The translations under genes were made by a program, and so were the position numbers. Positions 1 to 9,572 of a stretch of 64,000 nt of DNA are shown here, in pieces. Under the pieces are notes generated by a model that saw only the letters and a program-made list of their open reading frames with translations, was not told the DNA's origin and ran no database searches. Source of the DNA: an uncultured Mageeibacillus sp. (GTDB lineage: Bacteria; Bacillota; Clostridia; Saccharofermentanales; DTU023); the NCBI GenBank assembly GCA_964606165.1, contig CAZSFQ010000003.1, positions 64,322 through 128,321 of the forward strand, in the 5' to 3' direction. Within the stretch, counting starts at the first letter, position 1; each line of letters starts with the position of its first letter.

Positions 1-1136
1 CGCAACTTTGTCGCCATTAAGCTGTGAAATGGTTGAGGGGATGGTCTGGGCATGGGGCTGATCGGACACGAGGCTGAGCAGGCTGCGGAAGGACCGGTTG
101 CCCAACAAGGCGCCGCTGGACGGGTTGACCGTGATCCCCGCCACCCTTTCCCCCCCAAGGATGACCAGGCTCCCGTCCCGCGTCCCTTCTGTTTCCAGGC
201 CGCTGATCAGGCCGGACGAAACAGCGCCCAGCATCAGGCCGGCGTCATGGCCTAAAAAAGCCTGTTTCGCCAAATGGGCGTCGGCATATTTCAAGATCGA
301 AAGATAAGCCGGCTGCCCCGAATCTTCGGCCGCGCCGGAAGACCGGACAAAAGACAGGGCAAATTCATCCTCCCCCCACAAGGACCAAGGGCCTGAGCCG
401 ACCAAAGGCAGCTTCTGATCCGCCAACTGCTCTTCCGTTGCAGTGGCGGAAACGATGGCATTCCAGTGGTGTTCAGGCAGAATCAGCAGATGCGCGAGCG
501 CCTCCATGCAACGCAGGCCTGCGTTGTCTTTTTCATCGCTCAGGTGAATGTCAAGAGAAAACTCGCCCGTGTCCATGTCCTTGACCAGGTCGTCCAGGAC
601 TTGACCGGCACTTGTCTCGAATTTTTGGTTTGCCTGGATTGAAAAAAGGATGTCCGCGCTTGTGAGTGGAAAGCCATCATGCCATTGACCATCACCGGCC
701 AGAAGGATGGAGAGGACACCTTCCTCGTATCTAACTGTTTCCGCCAGGACCGGCACATAGTCCATCCTGGCCGGGTCGTACTGGATCAGGGTTTGATAGA
801 GGGGCTGGTAATAACCCCGGGGATCAACCGGGAAGAGGCGGTCTCCGTCCCTGAAGGGATTGATATTCCAGGAATCCGGATCCGCCAGGGCCACGGTCAG
901 TCTTTCATCCGGGCTGCCGGGAAGCCCCCGGTCAAGATGAAGAGTGCTGCCTTCCGTTGGCCTGGTTATGGCTGCTGTCGTCACCGGCGTGGGAGGGTCT
1001 TTGTCAGGATCAGCCGGTGAATGGGGTGAACAGGCTGCAAGGAAAAAAAGCGCGGCAAGACCCGCGGCCAGCAGAAGAGGCCGCTTTTTTCTTTTTACTA
1101 TCCCTGAAACGGTAGCTTGTGACAGTTCAAATGGCA
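1..1136 (-). CDS. ABC transporter substrate-binding lipoprotein, family 5 (peptide/nickel type). The N-terminal ~378 codons are in the window and the C-terminus lies beyond the window edge.
   Basis: Absent from the ORF track because it runs off the edge. Reverse translation from TTG at 1136 (AGGAAG 7 nt upstream) gives KKRPLLLAAGLAALFFLAAC (lipobox), then NPFRDG and YQTLIQYDPARMDYVPVLAETV...WHDGFPLTSADILFSIQ, typical of SBP_bac_5 proteins. Confidence 0.75.
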
Positions 1137-1200
1137 AGGTCCTGCTTCCTTTCCGCCAAATTCGTTGGACAACAGCCTCTGATTATTTTAACATGAGGCA

Positions 1201-1914
1201 ATGACCGACAGTTCCAAAATGATCCGGTCTTTCATGGGCCGTCTCTTTCGCTTCCTTCTTGCGGGCCTGGCTTTCTTTCTGGGGATCACGCTCGCGGCTG
1301 CCTCTGCCGTTCTTTTCATTTACAGCTCGATTGCCATTCGGGGCAATGGCATGATTAAAACCATGGAGCAACTGCAGTCACCGGTCGACTGCATCATCGT
1401 CCCGGGGGCCTCGGTCATTGCCAACAGGCGGCCTTCCCCCATGCTGCAGGACCGGCTCGACGGCGCGGTCGAGCTTTACCGGGCAGGCTTTTCCGACCGC
1501 ATCCTGGTCTCGGGCGATCACCGTGAGGACAACTACAACGAGCCGCTGGTCATGTGCCGCTATCTGCTCGAGCAGGGGATCCCCGACGAGGCGATTCTAA
1601 TGGACCATTACGGCCTTGACACTTACGACACCCTGTATCGGGCCAGGCATGTATTCCAGATCAATACGGCCATCATCTCGACCCAGCGCTTCCACCTTCA
1701 GCGTGCTCTTTTTCTGGCGGAGAAGTCAGGGATTTCAGCATCAGGCTACGCGACCGATCCGCGGTTTTATTCTTCGCATCTCTACATGCTCCTGCGGGAA
1801 ACCGGCGCCCGCCTGAAAGCAGTCTATGAAGTGCGTACCGGCGCGCTTCCCGCATATTCCAGCCCTTCTTTCCCCTTCGGGGGTGACGGGCGGCTGACCC
1901 GCGATCCCTTTTGA
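1201..1914 (+). CDS. sanA: SanA/YdcF (DUF218) family membrane protein
   Basis: 237-aa ORF with an N-terminal TM helix and a DUF218 core (CIIVPGASV...RLDGAVELYRAGFSDRILVSGDH...YNEP). Confidence 0.8.
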   Translation: MTDSSKMIRSFMGRLFRFLLAGLAFFLGITLAAASAVLFIYSSIAIRGNGMIKTMEQLQSPVDCIIVPGASVIANRRPSPMLQDRLDGAVELYRAGFSDRILVSGDHREDNYNEPLVMCRYLLEQGIPDEAILMDHYGLDTYDTLYRARHVFQINTAIISTQRFHLQRALFLAEKSGISASGYATDPRFYSSHLYMLLRETGARLKAVYEVRTGALPAYSSPSFPFGGDGRLTRDPF

Positions 1915-1924
1915 TGAATTGAAG

Positions 1925-2989
1925 CTAGGAACCTAGATTTTTGACGACACGCACGGCGCGCACATTGGCCGCGAGCACATTGATGGCGGTGTATTGCTCA
2001 ACACCTGAGCTGACGGCTGCCTGAACGTCTGCCAGAACAGCCTGGGCGCTTGACCCGTAATAGATGGAAAGATCAAGATCCAGGATGATGCCGTAGGGTT
2101 CCTTGTGGACTTTCTGGCGGACCACCTTTTCAACCCCGTCCACTTCAACAGCAAGCAGCCCTACCAGATCTTTCATGGCTTGATCCGACATGGCATAACT
2201 TCCCAATGTCGAAAAGGTGGGGCGGACAACTGTCCGGTCCTGGTCGGGGATGCCTGGGCTTCCCGGCTGCCCGAATACACCAAACTCGAATTTTTGCCAG
2301 AACTTGGCCAGGGGTTCGGCCAGGTAGCCGGAAAACTCATGCTTGATCTCCATACTGGGCACGGGAATGGTATGCTTGCCTTCACTCAGACGTGTCTGGC
2401 GCGCCAGATTGCGCTCCTCCTCAGAGGAGACATCCTCAATCCTGATTTTAATGGAGGGTTGATTCAACCACAGGTTGTCACAGATACGCGCCAGCATGGC
2501 GTCGGAAGTTCCCAGTATCATGAGGGCGCTGGGCAGGTGCTCTATCAGGGCGCGTCGCATATTCTCCGCCCTTACCGGATCAAGAAACATGGCCTGTCTG
2601 ACTGAATCCATCTTGGTTTCCGCGCGCTTGGCCGATGAGCCTGTAATGATGGCGCTGCCGCGGATCAGGAGGCCGTCATCGATCATGTACTCAATATTGT
2701 ATTCGCGGGCAACCCGGATTGCCCGTGTAGACTTGCCGCTGCCGCTGGAACCGATGAAAGAGACGACCGCGATCTGTGAAAGCAGCTGACGGATTTCCTT
2801 TTGCGTCTGCTCCTCATAAGCTTCAGCGCGCTCATTCATCTGCGCGATCACCGCGTCAGCCAGCCGTCCGAACTGGTTAAAGAGTGAATCGGCTTGCGGC
2901 CGTTCCGGCAGATCAGCCGGCGCTGGGTCTGCAGGCCCGTCTATGGGTTGAGTGCTGGCCTTTTTGCGCCTGAACCATCCGTTTGCCAT
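1925..2989 (-). CDS. P-loop NTPase domain fused to a C-terminal Asp23/alkaline-shock-protein-like domain; function unknown
   Basis: Walker A motif GSSGSGKST. The C-terminal ~100 aa (VEVDGVEKV...GIILDLDLSIYYGSSAQAVLADVQAAV...INVLAANVRAVRV) follows the Asp23-family pattern. Confidence 0.6.
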   Translation of the reverse strand: MANGWFRRKKASTQPIDGPADPAPADLPERPQADSLFNQFGRLADAVIAQMNERAEAYEEQTQKEIRQLLSQIAVVSFIGSSGSGKSTRAIRVAREYNIEYMIDDGLLIRGSAIITGSSAKRAETKMDSVRQAMFLDPVRAENMRRALIEHLPSALMILGTSDAMLARICDNLWLNQPSIKIRIEDVSSEEERNLARQTRLSEGKHTIPVPSMEIKHEFSGYLAEPLAKFWQKFEFGVFGQPGSPGIPDQDRTVVRPTFSTLGSYAMSDQAMKDLVGLLAVEVDGVEKVVRQKVHKEPYGIILDLDLSIYYGSSAQAVLADVQAAVSSGVEQYTAINVLAANVRAVRVVKNLGS

Positions 2990-2998
2990 CTCTTGCGC

Positions 2999-3730
2999 CT
3001 AATCCTCCTGGCCCCAATTGTGGTAGACATCCTGAACATCGTCGTCGTCCTCGAGCCGGTCGATCAACTTTTCCATATTGTCGATTTCCTCTTCCGAGGA
3101 AAGGGTTACCCAGTTAAGGGGCACCGGTCCCAAGCGCTGATCGATCATCTCGTAGCTTTGAGCGAGACGGTCACGGATGGGGCTATACAGGTCAGGTGAG
3201 GTTGTGATTTCGATCATATGCTCATCATCGAGATCGACGTCTTCCGCGCCGGCTTCGAGCGCCTCCATGAAGACAGCGTCCACGTCAAGGGTATCGGTGC
3301 GCTCAAGGACCAGGATGCCCTTGCGGTCAAACTGAAAGGAAACGCAGCCGTCCGTTCCCAGATTACCGCCGTACTTGCTGAAGATGTGGCGAATCTCACC
3401 GGCTGTCCTGTTCCGGTTGTCGGTAAGGGCGCGCACCATGACGGCTACACCACCGGGGCCGTAACCCTCATAATAGATCTCTTCAAAGCTCTGGCCGCCA
3501 GCTTCTCCCGCCGCCCGTTCAATCGATCTCTTAATATTGTCGTTGGGCATATTATAGGATTTCGCTTTCGCGATGGCGTCGCGTAAGGCAGAGTTGGAGG
3601 CGGGATCCGGTCCCCCGGTCCGGACCGCTTGTTGGAGTTCACGGCCGAGCTTGGAAAAAATCTTGCCCCGCTTATCGTCAACTGCCTCTTTGCGGCGTTT
3701 TATGTTGCTCCATTTTGAATGTCCCGCCAT
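2999..3730 (-). CDS. yebC: YebC/PmpR family DNA-binding transcriptional regulator
   Basis: MAGHSKWSNIKRRK...GPDPASNSALR signature. The ORF-track start at 3802 is an upstream extension; the ATG at 3730 matches the family N-terminus. Confidence 0.9.
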   Translation of the reverse strand: MAGHSKWSNIKRRKEAVDDKRGKIFSKLGRELQQAVRTGGPDPASNSALRDAIAKAKSYNMPNDNIKRSIERAAGEAGGQSFEEIYYEGYGPGGVAVMVRALTDNRNRTAGEIRHIFSKYGGNLGTDGCVSFQFDRKGILVLERTDTLDVDAVFMEALEAGAEDVDLDDEHMIEITTSPDLYSPIRDRLAQSYEMIDQRLGPVPLNWVTLSSEEEIDNMEKLIDRLEDDDDVQDVYHNWGQED

Positions 3731-3829
3731 GGTTTGCCTCCGGAAATAGAAAACTGCAAAAACTGTCAGTCGGAGCTGGGTCACCACCTCCCCTGACTCC
3801 ATTATACATATGGATGGGGTGGACTTTCC

Positions 3830-4462
3830 CTAAAAAGAATCCTCAATCCAGCTTTCGCCGCATGGCTCAAGTATCGCGGCACCGGCAGAAAGATTCATGA
3901 CAAGCGCCCGGAGTTCATCCGTCTGACCCGCCCTGGCACCGACCCTTTGCCGGACGCTTACGCCGTATTCGGGTATCTCCTGGAAAAAACCCGCTGAACC
4001 GAGCCGGTTCTCCAGTAAATGGAAGACCGCGTAATCCGTTTCCAGCATGAATAGCTCACAGCGGACAAAAGAGACCGGTCCCGCTTTGGAAAGAGCGCCC
4101 CGGGCAGCTTTGGCGTAGGCCCGTGACAGTCCGCCGGTGCCAAGAAGAATCCCTCCGAAATAACGCACCACCACGATGGCCCCCCGGTCAATCTTTTCAG
4201 CCAGCAGGGCGTCAAGCAGCTGCCTGCCGCCTGTTCCATGCGGTTCTCCGTCATCGGAAAACCGCTGCAGGAGTGATGGAGAGTCGATCCGCCAGGCGTA
4301 CACGTAGTGGCGGGCCTCGGGATATCGTTGGCGCGCCTTGTTTTGCAGTTCAAGCGCGTCCTCTTCACTTGTGAGGGGCCGGCAAATCCCTATGAAACGG
4401 GAGCCGCGTTCAGTCAGCTCGAACAAACCCTCGCGGCGTACTGTCCGGTAATGATCAGTCAT
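3830..4462 (-). CDS. yigZ: YigZ / IMPACT-family (UPF0029) protein
   Basis: SRFIGICRP...ARHYVYAWRI...SDDGEPHGTGG...VVVVRYFGGILLGTGGL motifs. Likely start is MTDHYRT at 4462, overlapping the serS stop by 8 nt. Confidence 0.85.
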   Translation of the reverse strand: MTDHYRTVRREGLFELTERGSRFIGICRPLTSEEDALELQNKARQRYPEARHYVYAWRIDSPSLLQRFSDDGEPHGTGGRQLLDALLAEKIDRGAIVVVRYFGGILLGTGGLSRAYAKAARGALSKAGPVSFVRCELFMLETDYAVFHLLENRLGSAGFFQEIPEYGVSVRQRVGARAGQTDELRALVMNLSAGAAILEPCGESWIEDSF

Positions 4463-5750
4463 GGCCCGGCTTGACCGGGTGGATGACCTCAATGCCGTGC
4501 ATCCAGGGTGCCAGCACTTCGGGAACCCGGATGGAACCGTCAGCCAGCTGGCACTGCTCGACGATGGCGGGAATGACGCGGGATGTCGCCAGGCCCGAAC
4601 CATTTAACGTATGACAGAACTCAGTCTTGCCTGTGTCGGACTGTCTGTAGCGGATATTGCCCCGCCTTGCCTGGTAGGCCCCGGCAGTCGAAACCGAACT
4701 CACCTCTTTATAGATCTGCATGCTGGGGATCCAGATCTCGATGTCGAAGGTTTTCTTCATGCCCGCGCTGCAATCGCCTGCGGCCAGGCGGCTGATGCGG
4801 TGAACCAGGCCCAGGCCTTCGACAAGTCCCGATGCCTTACCCACCAGCTCCTCAAAAGCATCTTCCGAGTCCTGGGGCCGGGTATACTGGAACATCTCTA
4901 CCTTGTTGAACTGATGACCCCTTATCATGCCGCGTTCATCCGCCCGGTAGGAACCCGCCTCACGCCGGTAACAGGGCGTAAAGGCAAAGTATTTTTTGGG
5001 CAAATCCGCTTCTTTTAGAATTTCATCCACATGGACATTGGTCAGGGCTGTCTCTGCCGTCGGCAGGATAAATTGAAACTTGTCCCCACCTCCCCGAAGC
5101 TGGAAAACGTCTTCTTCAAATTTGGGGAACTGGCCGCCGACATAGCCGCATTCGTAATTCAAAATGTGGGGCGGCAGCATCATTTCGTAGCCATCTTTCA
5201 GGTGTTCACTGATGAAATAATTAAGCAGGGCCCATTCAAGTATGGCGCCCGGACCCCGGTATATCCAAAAACCGCTTCCGGAGAGCTTCGCCCCCCGTTC
5301 ATAATCGACCATGCCGCACGACTCAACCAGGTCGACGTGGTTCTTCCTGGCCGCTTCAACCGGCATGGGCTCTCCCCAAACGGAAACCACCTCATTGTTT
5401 TCCTTGCCCCCCTCCGGGATGTCATCGGCGGGAATGTTGGGCAGGGCGGCAAGAAAACCCTGTTGTTCGGCATTCATCTCCTTGATCCGGTTGTCATTGT
5501 CGCGGATTTTTTCGCTCAGCTGCCTCAATTGTTCGGTCAGGGCTGTGACATCGCCTTTTTGCTTCTTGATCAGGGGTATTTCTGCTGACTTCTGATTACG
5601 CTCAGCTTTCAGTTCTTCCGTTTCGTGCATCAATGAGCGGCGATCGGCGTCAGACGCCAAAAATTCGGTGAAGTCGATGACGAAACCGCGCCGCGCCAGC
5701 TTGGCTGCCACTTCCTGCGGTTTGTTTCGGATGTAGACTAAATCCAGCAT
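4455..5750 (-). CDS. serS: Serine--tRNA ligase
   Basis: 431 aa with an N-terminal coiled-coil arm and class II core motifs (FRREAGS-like CYRREAGSY, GSGLATSR). Confidence 0.95.
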   Translation of the reverse strand: MLDLVYIRNKPQEVAAKLARRGFVIDFTEFLASDADRRSLMHETEELKAERNQKSAEIPLIKKQKGDVTALTEQLRQLSEKIRDNDNRIKEMNAEQQGFLAALPNIPADDIPEGGKENNEVVSVWGEPMPVEAARKNHVDLVESCGMVDYERGAKLSGSGFWIYRGPGAILEWALLNYFISEHLKDGYEMMLPPHILNYECGYVGGQFPKFEEDVFQLRGGGDKFQFILPTAETALTNVHVDEILKEADLPKKYFAFTPCYRREAGSYRADERGMIRGHQFNKVEMFQYTRPQDSEDAFEELVGKASGLVEGLGLVHRISRLAAGDCSAGMKKTFDIEIWIPSMQIYKEVSSVSTAGAYQARRGNIRYRQSDTGKTEFCHTLNGSGLATSRVIPAIVEQCQLADGSIRVPEVLAPWMHGIEVIHPVKPGHD

Positions 5751-5809
5751 GTGTTCCTCCCGGCAGTTGATATGCCGGTCTATTCTATCACAGCGGACTT
5801 ATAACAGGC

Positions 5810-6466
5810 TTAGTGGTCCATGGCATTCAGGGCGTCATTGACAAAACGATCCATCAGCTCCCGGGCCAGCGCGCCTTGCACATAGCCAATAAAGTAGCCT
5901 TGATGATCAATCATGTAGGTAGTTGGCAGGCCGCTGATCTGGTATTGATTAAATACCTGGCCCTTGGTGTCCATGAGGACTGGAAAGGTGTAATTATTCT
6001 CATGAAGAAAGGCTTTGATACCCTCGACATCCATCTCCCGCTGGGCTGACGCGGAACCGTCCTCATCGGGGTAGGCAACTGCCAGGATGACCAGATCCTT
6101 CCGGTTCATGCCATGATCATTGTAAAGGCCCTCGATATCCGGCATCTCCTGCTTGCAGGGCGGACACCAGGTCGCCCAGAAATTCAGGAAAATAACCTGA
6201 CCTTGGTAGTCTGAAAGTTTGTGCTCAGTCCCGTATTGATCGGTGAGCGTGAAGTCATATGCCTTGACCCGCTCCTCAACGGTCGGATCCGTCGGATCCT
6301 TTTCCGTGCCGGCGCCGCCGGCTGACGAGGCGGGACCGGTCTCATCCGGCATGCCGGGGCTCTTCTTCCCGCAGGCGGATAAAGCGAAAAGTGAAATCAG
6401 AAGAACTGACAGCAAGAGGACAACTGTCCCCCTCAGCGCGTATTTTCTGTTGCGGTTGGTTTTCAT
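5810..6466 (-). CDS. TlpA/ResA-like thiol-disulfide oxidoreductase lipoprotein
   Basis: Lipobox LSAC followed by a thioredoxin fold with FWATWCPPCKQEMP. Confidence 0.85.
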   Translation of the reverse strand: MKTNRNRKYALRGTVVLLLSVLLISLFALSACGKKSPGMPDETGPASSAGGAGTEKDPTDPTVEERVKAYDFTLTDQYGTEHKLSDYQGQVIFLNFWATWCPPCKQEMPDIEGLYNDHGMNRKDLVILAVAYPDEDGSASAQREMDVEGIKAFLHENNYTFPVLMDTKGQVFNQYQISGLPTTYMIDHQGYFIGYVQGALARELMDRFVNDALNAMDH

Positions 6467-6492
6467 AAATGGAATCCTTTACTTTGGTTTTT

Positions 6493-7206
6493 TTATCCGC
6501 CGTAAATTCCGGCAATCATGAGGATGCCGATGACCAGCATGAGCAGGCCACCCACAATGACGGTATATTTCATGATCTTACTGTGACGGCGGAAGAAGGC
6601 CAGGGTTTGCGTTGTAAAAAGACCGACGATCAGGAAGGGAATGGTAAAGCCCAGCACGTAAACACCGACCAGGAGAAATCCCAGGCTGCGCTGGGCTGTT
6701 CCTGCCGCCATGAGAAGTACACTCGACATGGCTGGCCCAATGCAGGGCGTCCAGGCAAAGCTGAAAGTAAAACCCATCAGGAAAGCAATCAGGGGATTCA
6801 TGGTAAAACGGTCCAGCTTGAAAGGAAGCCGCCTGTCTCTTGACAAAAAGAGAGAGCTTCCAAAAGCACCCAGCTGGTAAAGGCCGAAGACGATGACCAG
6901 AATGCCCCCGCCGATCACAAAAGCCCGCCGGTAGGCCTGAAAGAACTCACCCGCCGCGGTAAAGCCAAGCGCCAGGATAAAAAATGTCGAAGCGATGCCA
7001 AGGACAAAAAAGAAAGTATTCAGGAAGACACGCTTACGCGGGTATCTGACCTCGCCATCTTCACCTACATGGTAAGTGCCGCCCGCCAGATAACCAATAT
7101 ACAGGGGCAGCAGGGGTAACACGCAGGGTGAAAGGAAACTGACAAGTCCCTGTAAAAAGACCGTCAGTACGGGAATCGAATGCTGAATTTCTAAAGCTGG
7201 CGGCAT
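6493..7206 (-). CDS. ccdA: Cytochrome c biogenesis / thiol-disulfide electron transporter CcdA (DsbD family)
   Basis: Polytopic membrane protein with LSPCVLPLLP and WTPCIGP Cys motifs. The ORF extends to 7233, but the ATG at 7206 has a GGAGG 5 nt upstream. Confidence 0.85.
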   Translation of the reverse strand: MPPALEIQHSIPVLTVFLQGLVSFLSPCVLPLLPLYIGYLAGGTYHVGEDGEVRYPRKRVFLNTFFFVLGIASTFFILALGFTAAGEFFQAYRRAFVIGGGILVIVFGLYQLGAFGSSLFLSRDRRLPFKLDRFTMNPLIAFLMGFTFSFAWTPCIGPAMSSVLLMAAGTAQRSLGFLLVGVYVLGFTIPFLIVGLFTTQTLAFFRRHSKIMKYTVIVGGLLMLVIGILMIAGIYGG

Positions 7207-7350
7207 CTGCCCCTCCCCCATCAGGCAAGACATTCCTGTCTAAGCGGAATACACAGCCACCATTCTAGCAATCTCACGGATTTTACTTGTTACAAAGGTA
7301 ACATTATGCGTCCATGGCAAAGAAGCCTTGATCCCGCACCTTGTCAGACC

Positions 7351-8469
7351 TCAGTTCAGCAGGAAACTGACAAGCCTGTTATGCGTCTTTACCATGTCGA
7401 ACCACCAGACTTCCTGGCCTCCAACATAGTAGTGGCGGGTCTCACCCGTGGCGGGAAGCTGGAGCTGGCGCCGCTGGTAGGACAAGAGGCCCGGCGCCCT
7501 GCTGATGTAATCGTTCAAATTGAGATTGGTATAGGTATTGGCCAAAACCACGGCTGAGGCCTTGTAGATGGAGGAACCGCCCTGGGCAGCCATTTCACTT
7601 AAAACGGAATTGATGACATTGCGCTGCCGCTGGTTGCGCTGAAAATCGCTGTCAATTTTGCGGATTCTCGAATAAGCAAGCGCCTGCTGGCCATTCAGCC
7701 GTTGAGCGCCAGGATTGCGTCCCAGATATTGCGCTTCACGTTCCGTCAGAGAAATGCTGACACCTCCGATGGCGTCAATGATCCGGACAAATGAATTGAA
7801 ATTGATGGCCACGAAACCTTTGATCGGAATCCCGTAGTTGACCTCGACCGTTCGTATGGCAAGTCCCGGGCCTCCGTAGGAGTAAGCCGCGTTCAAGAGC
7901 CCCCAGGGATGGTTCTTGGCACCGATCTTGACGTACATGGCGCGCATGAGTGAAACAATATTGATCTTTTTTGTATTGTGGTTGATCGAAATGATCATGG
8001 TTACATCGGACCGGCCCCTGTAGTTATTGGATGCGGAATCCACCCCGAACAGGAGAATATTCTCGACCCCGGGCATTTGCTTCATCTCGACGGTGCCGCT
8101 CTGGTGTAATTCAGGTCTCCGCAACTCGTCGGGCATATCCTGATCACTTTCAGGCGCATCCGGTCCTTCCTCCTGCTGATCATCCCAGCCGTCCGGATCG
8201 ACGAAAATATCGTAGTCCATCAGGTTGTCAATCTTATAAAAATCACTATCTGACTCATCGACGTAAGTGACTCTCGAAACCAGGTCCGCGTAGATCAGAT
8301 AGACCCCTGAAAAAACTGAAATGATGAGACCTGCGGCCACTCCCAGAACAAGAAACTTGATTGGGAAGTTTCGGCTGAACGGTCCCTGGCCGGACACCTT
8401 TCTTCCCTTTGGACGCTTGTCTTTCGTGCGGCCGGGATACCCCGGCCTCTCTTGCTTAGACTGTGGCAC
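7351..8469 (-). CDS. LCP (LytR-CpsA-Psr) family cell-wall glycopolymer ligase
   Basis: N-terminal TM helix and an LCP core (NILLFGVDS...GRSDVTMIISIN...; ALAYSRIRK). Confidence 0.85.
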   Translation of the reverse strand: MPQSKQERPGYPGRTKDKRPKGRKVSGQGPFSRNFPIKFLVLGVAAGLIISVFSGVYLIYADLVSRVTYVDESDSDFYKIDNLMDYDIFVDPDGWDDQQEEGPDAPESDQDMPDELRRPELHQSGTVEMKQMPGVENILLFGVDSASNNYRGRSDVTMIISINHNTKKINIVSLMRAMYVKIGAKNHPWGLLNAAYSYGGPGLAIRTVEVNYGIPIKGFVAINFNSFVRIIDAIGGVSISLTEREAQYLGRNPGAQRLNGQQALAYSRIRKIDSDFQRNQRQRNVINSVLSEMAAQGGSSIYKASAVVLANTYTNLNLNDYISRAPGLLSYQRRQLQLPATGETRHYYVGGQEVWWFDMVKTHNRLVSFLLN

Positions 8470-8560
8470 GCTTACCTACCTACCTTTTATCAGGAAATGC
8501 CCATGAAAACATGAGCATTTCACCAAGACACGGGAACTGTGCCATTCCCGCCGCTACAGA

Positions 8561-9361
8561 TTAAAACCGGAACAAGGCTTTTATGCTCCATTGCAGACCC
8601 AGGGCGAGAATCGCGCTGTAAAGGAAAAGCAGGACAAAGAAAACACCGGCGATTGTGAGAACAACCAGCCAAAGCTTTTTCACCTCTGCCTGTGATCCAC
8701 CGACTGCTGTCATGACCGACGCGGCAAAGATCAAAACCGGCACCACATACATGAGCACAGAGATGAAGGTGCCTGCGGGAAGGACCACACCAAAGATAAA
8801 GGCAAGCAGGGAGACGGGAAGGACCGCGTTCAGGTAAGAGGAGAACCTGGCGCAGGCATCGGGCAATTTGTCTTCCTCTTTGAGGATAAACCGCTTGCAA
8901 AACCAGGCCATGGTGGGCATGGCGCCCATGATAATCAGCATGAAGAACCACAGGAGGAAGAAGCCTCCCGCGTGCCAGTTCATCAACCTGGCCGCTTCAA
9001 GCGTAGAAAACAGCGTGACGAGGAAGGGAACAATAGCCGCGAACAAAAGGTGCATGGGCTCTTCTGTCCCAAGAAAACCTTTGACCAGCCAGCCGGGGTA
9101 CCGTTTTCCATCGAGCGCGAGGGCGGAGGGGGCTTTTGGCGCCTGGGGCGGATAAGGATAGGGGTAGGGCGGCTGCTGGGGCACTTGGGCCGGGCCTGCC
9201 TGGTAAGGAGGCGGAGGAGGCGCTACGGGCGGAGGGGCTTCTTGAACTTGTTCCGCTGCCGCCGGACCATTTTCCGGGGCAAGTTCCTGCTTACTTCCGC
9301 AATTACTGCAAAAGACGGCGTCGTCGGCAAGTTCCGTACCACAGTTTTGACAATTCTTCAT
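8561..9361 (-). CDS. Zinc-ribbon, proline-rich membrane protein; function unknown
   Basis: N-terminal CxxC-x13-CxxC (CQNCGTELADDAVFCSNCG), a Pro-rich linker and four or more predicted TM helices. Confidence 0.6.
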   Translation of the reverse strand: MKNCQNCGTELADDAVFCSNCGSKQELAPENGPAAAEQVQEAPPPVAPPPPPYQAGPAQVPQQPPYPYPYPPQAPKAPSALALDGKRYPGWLVKGFLGTEEPMHLLFAAIVPFLVTLFSTLEAARLMNWHAGGFFLLWFFMLIIMGAMPTMAWFCKRFILKEEDKLPDACARFSSYLNAVLPVSLLAFIFGVVLPAGTFISVLMYVVPVLIFAASVMTAVGGSQAEVKKLWLVVLTIAGVFFVLLFLYSAILALGLQWSIKALFRF

Positions 9362-9572
9362 TCGATCTCCTCTTTCTTGGCATTTGTCCGGCTCTCATCC
9401 GGTAAAGGTGGATATCTGATTAAGAATGTGTAGATTATAGCATAGGGAGTGCCCAACATATCAGGTATCCGGTCCGCTCCCATCCCGCTGGGCGCCTTTT
9501 CGCCGCCCGCGTGATACCATGATACAGGGTTCCATTGTGCCCTCAAAAGTGATGTGAAAAGAGGAAGTTAAA

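Noticed and set aside
3731-3802. N-terminal ORF extensions suggested by the track for yebC (to 3802). The same applies to yigZ (to 4603), the aminotransferase (to 16086), xdhD-like (to 23444), ygeY (to 30749), ygeW (to 31963), the PALP enzyme (to 33501) and LtaS-like (to 56858).
   Set aside because: The extensions overlap upstream genes or lack an RBS. Internal starts have good Shine-Dalgarno sequences and match the family N-termini.
5751-5809. An expected T-box leader upstream of serS
   Set aside because: Only 59 nt separate serS from the preceding gene. That is too short for a T-box, and no specifier or T-box sequence is present.
8520-8951. A 143-aa ORF on the minus strand in a different frame within the zinc-ribbon membrane protein gene
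   Set aside because: It overlaps the better-supported 266-aa gene almost entirely. Its translation is Arg/His/Cys-rich with no motifs.
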